A stretch of 63,981 nucleotides of DNA, counting the filler. It is 10 parts of 10 records of this genome, joined end to end, with 100 filler letters (N's around TTAATTAATTAA, not from the genome) between each part and the next. Parts side by side here need not be neighbours in the genome. Positions count along the whole stretch, not along the records: positions 59,664 to 63,981 come from SRR7504441_596; 9 more parts are not named here. One strand, written 5' to 3'. How positions within the stretch are numbered: the first letter of the stretch is position 1; every line of letters begins with the position of its first letter. Under the pieces are notes generated by a model that searched no databases, was not told where the DNA came from, and saw nothing but the letters and a program-made list of their open reading frames with translations. This document shows, piece after piece, positions 63,901 through 63,981 of the stretch. A program made the translations under genes and the position numbers.

Positions 63901-63981
63901 GCAGACCCGGCTCGCCGGCCGCCAGGCCCCAGCGGCTGCCTCGGCGGTAATGGCGGCCTTGTCGGCCTTGGCGTCCTTCAG
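60949..63981 (-). CDS. aspS: Bacterial-type aspartyl-tRNA synthetase with N-terminal WHEP and Dpy-30/RIIa-like domains and a C-terminal extension; 5' partial
   Basis: [74 protein letters not shown]; at least eight introns; stop TAA 60949-60951. Confidence 0.95.

Noticed and set aside
1-63981. Widespread frameshifted pseudogenes or an alternative genetic code
   Set aside because: Frame breaks resolve as short GT-AG/GC-AG introns; TAA, TAG and TGA all terminate genes; the one in-frame TGA found has a SECIS
60949-63981. Bacterial contamination explaining the AspRS
   Set aside because: The gene has multiple host-style spliceosomal introns, including a GC-AG one
1-63981. tRNA, rRNA, transposase or reverse transcriptase genes
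   Set aside because: None recognised by eye; a covariance-model scan was not possible

Overview
Eukaryotic DNA from a GC-rich, very compact, probably flagellated protist (lineage not assignable from this window). The window is ten unrelated scaffolds joined by artificial N-TTAATTAATTAA-N linkers, so neighbourhoods are only meaningful within a scaffold. Genes are split by many tiny spliceosomal introns (mostly 35-45 nt), so the ORF track is fragmented; I rebuilt gene models by hand. Recognisable genes: KATNIP, M19 dipeptidase, a PDI-family selenoprotein, an NTPDase-PPT2 fusion, CHMP5, SUMO, a DGQHR protein, ABCA, SSNA1-like, LRRC51, NEK-PX kinase, ABCB, an LRR membrane receptor, an ankyrin protein, a CHD remodeller, bTHX, a Chorein-N-like giant membrane protein, an IQ protein, a GH-A glycoside hydrolase, a dynamin-related protein, a DH-PH-like protein and a bacterial-type AspRS. 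Most notable: (1) a WUGHC selenocysteine codon revealed only after splicing, with a canonical SECIS; (2) a Bacteroidota-like AspRS carrying introns plus WHEP and Dpy-30/RIIa-like domains; (3) the NTPDase-thioesterase fusion; (4) a Chorein-N-like domain fused to a polytopic membrane domain; (5) a YAACGG motif in all six tiny bidirectional promoters; (6) frequent GC-AG introns. All family calls are from motif recall, not database searches.
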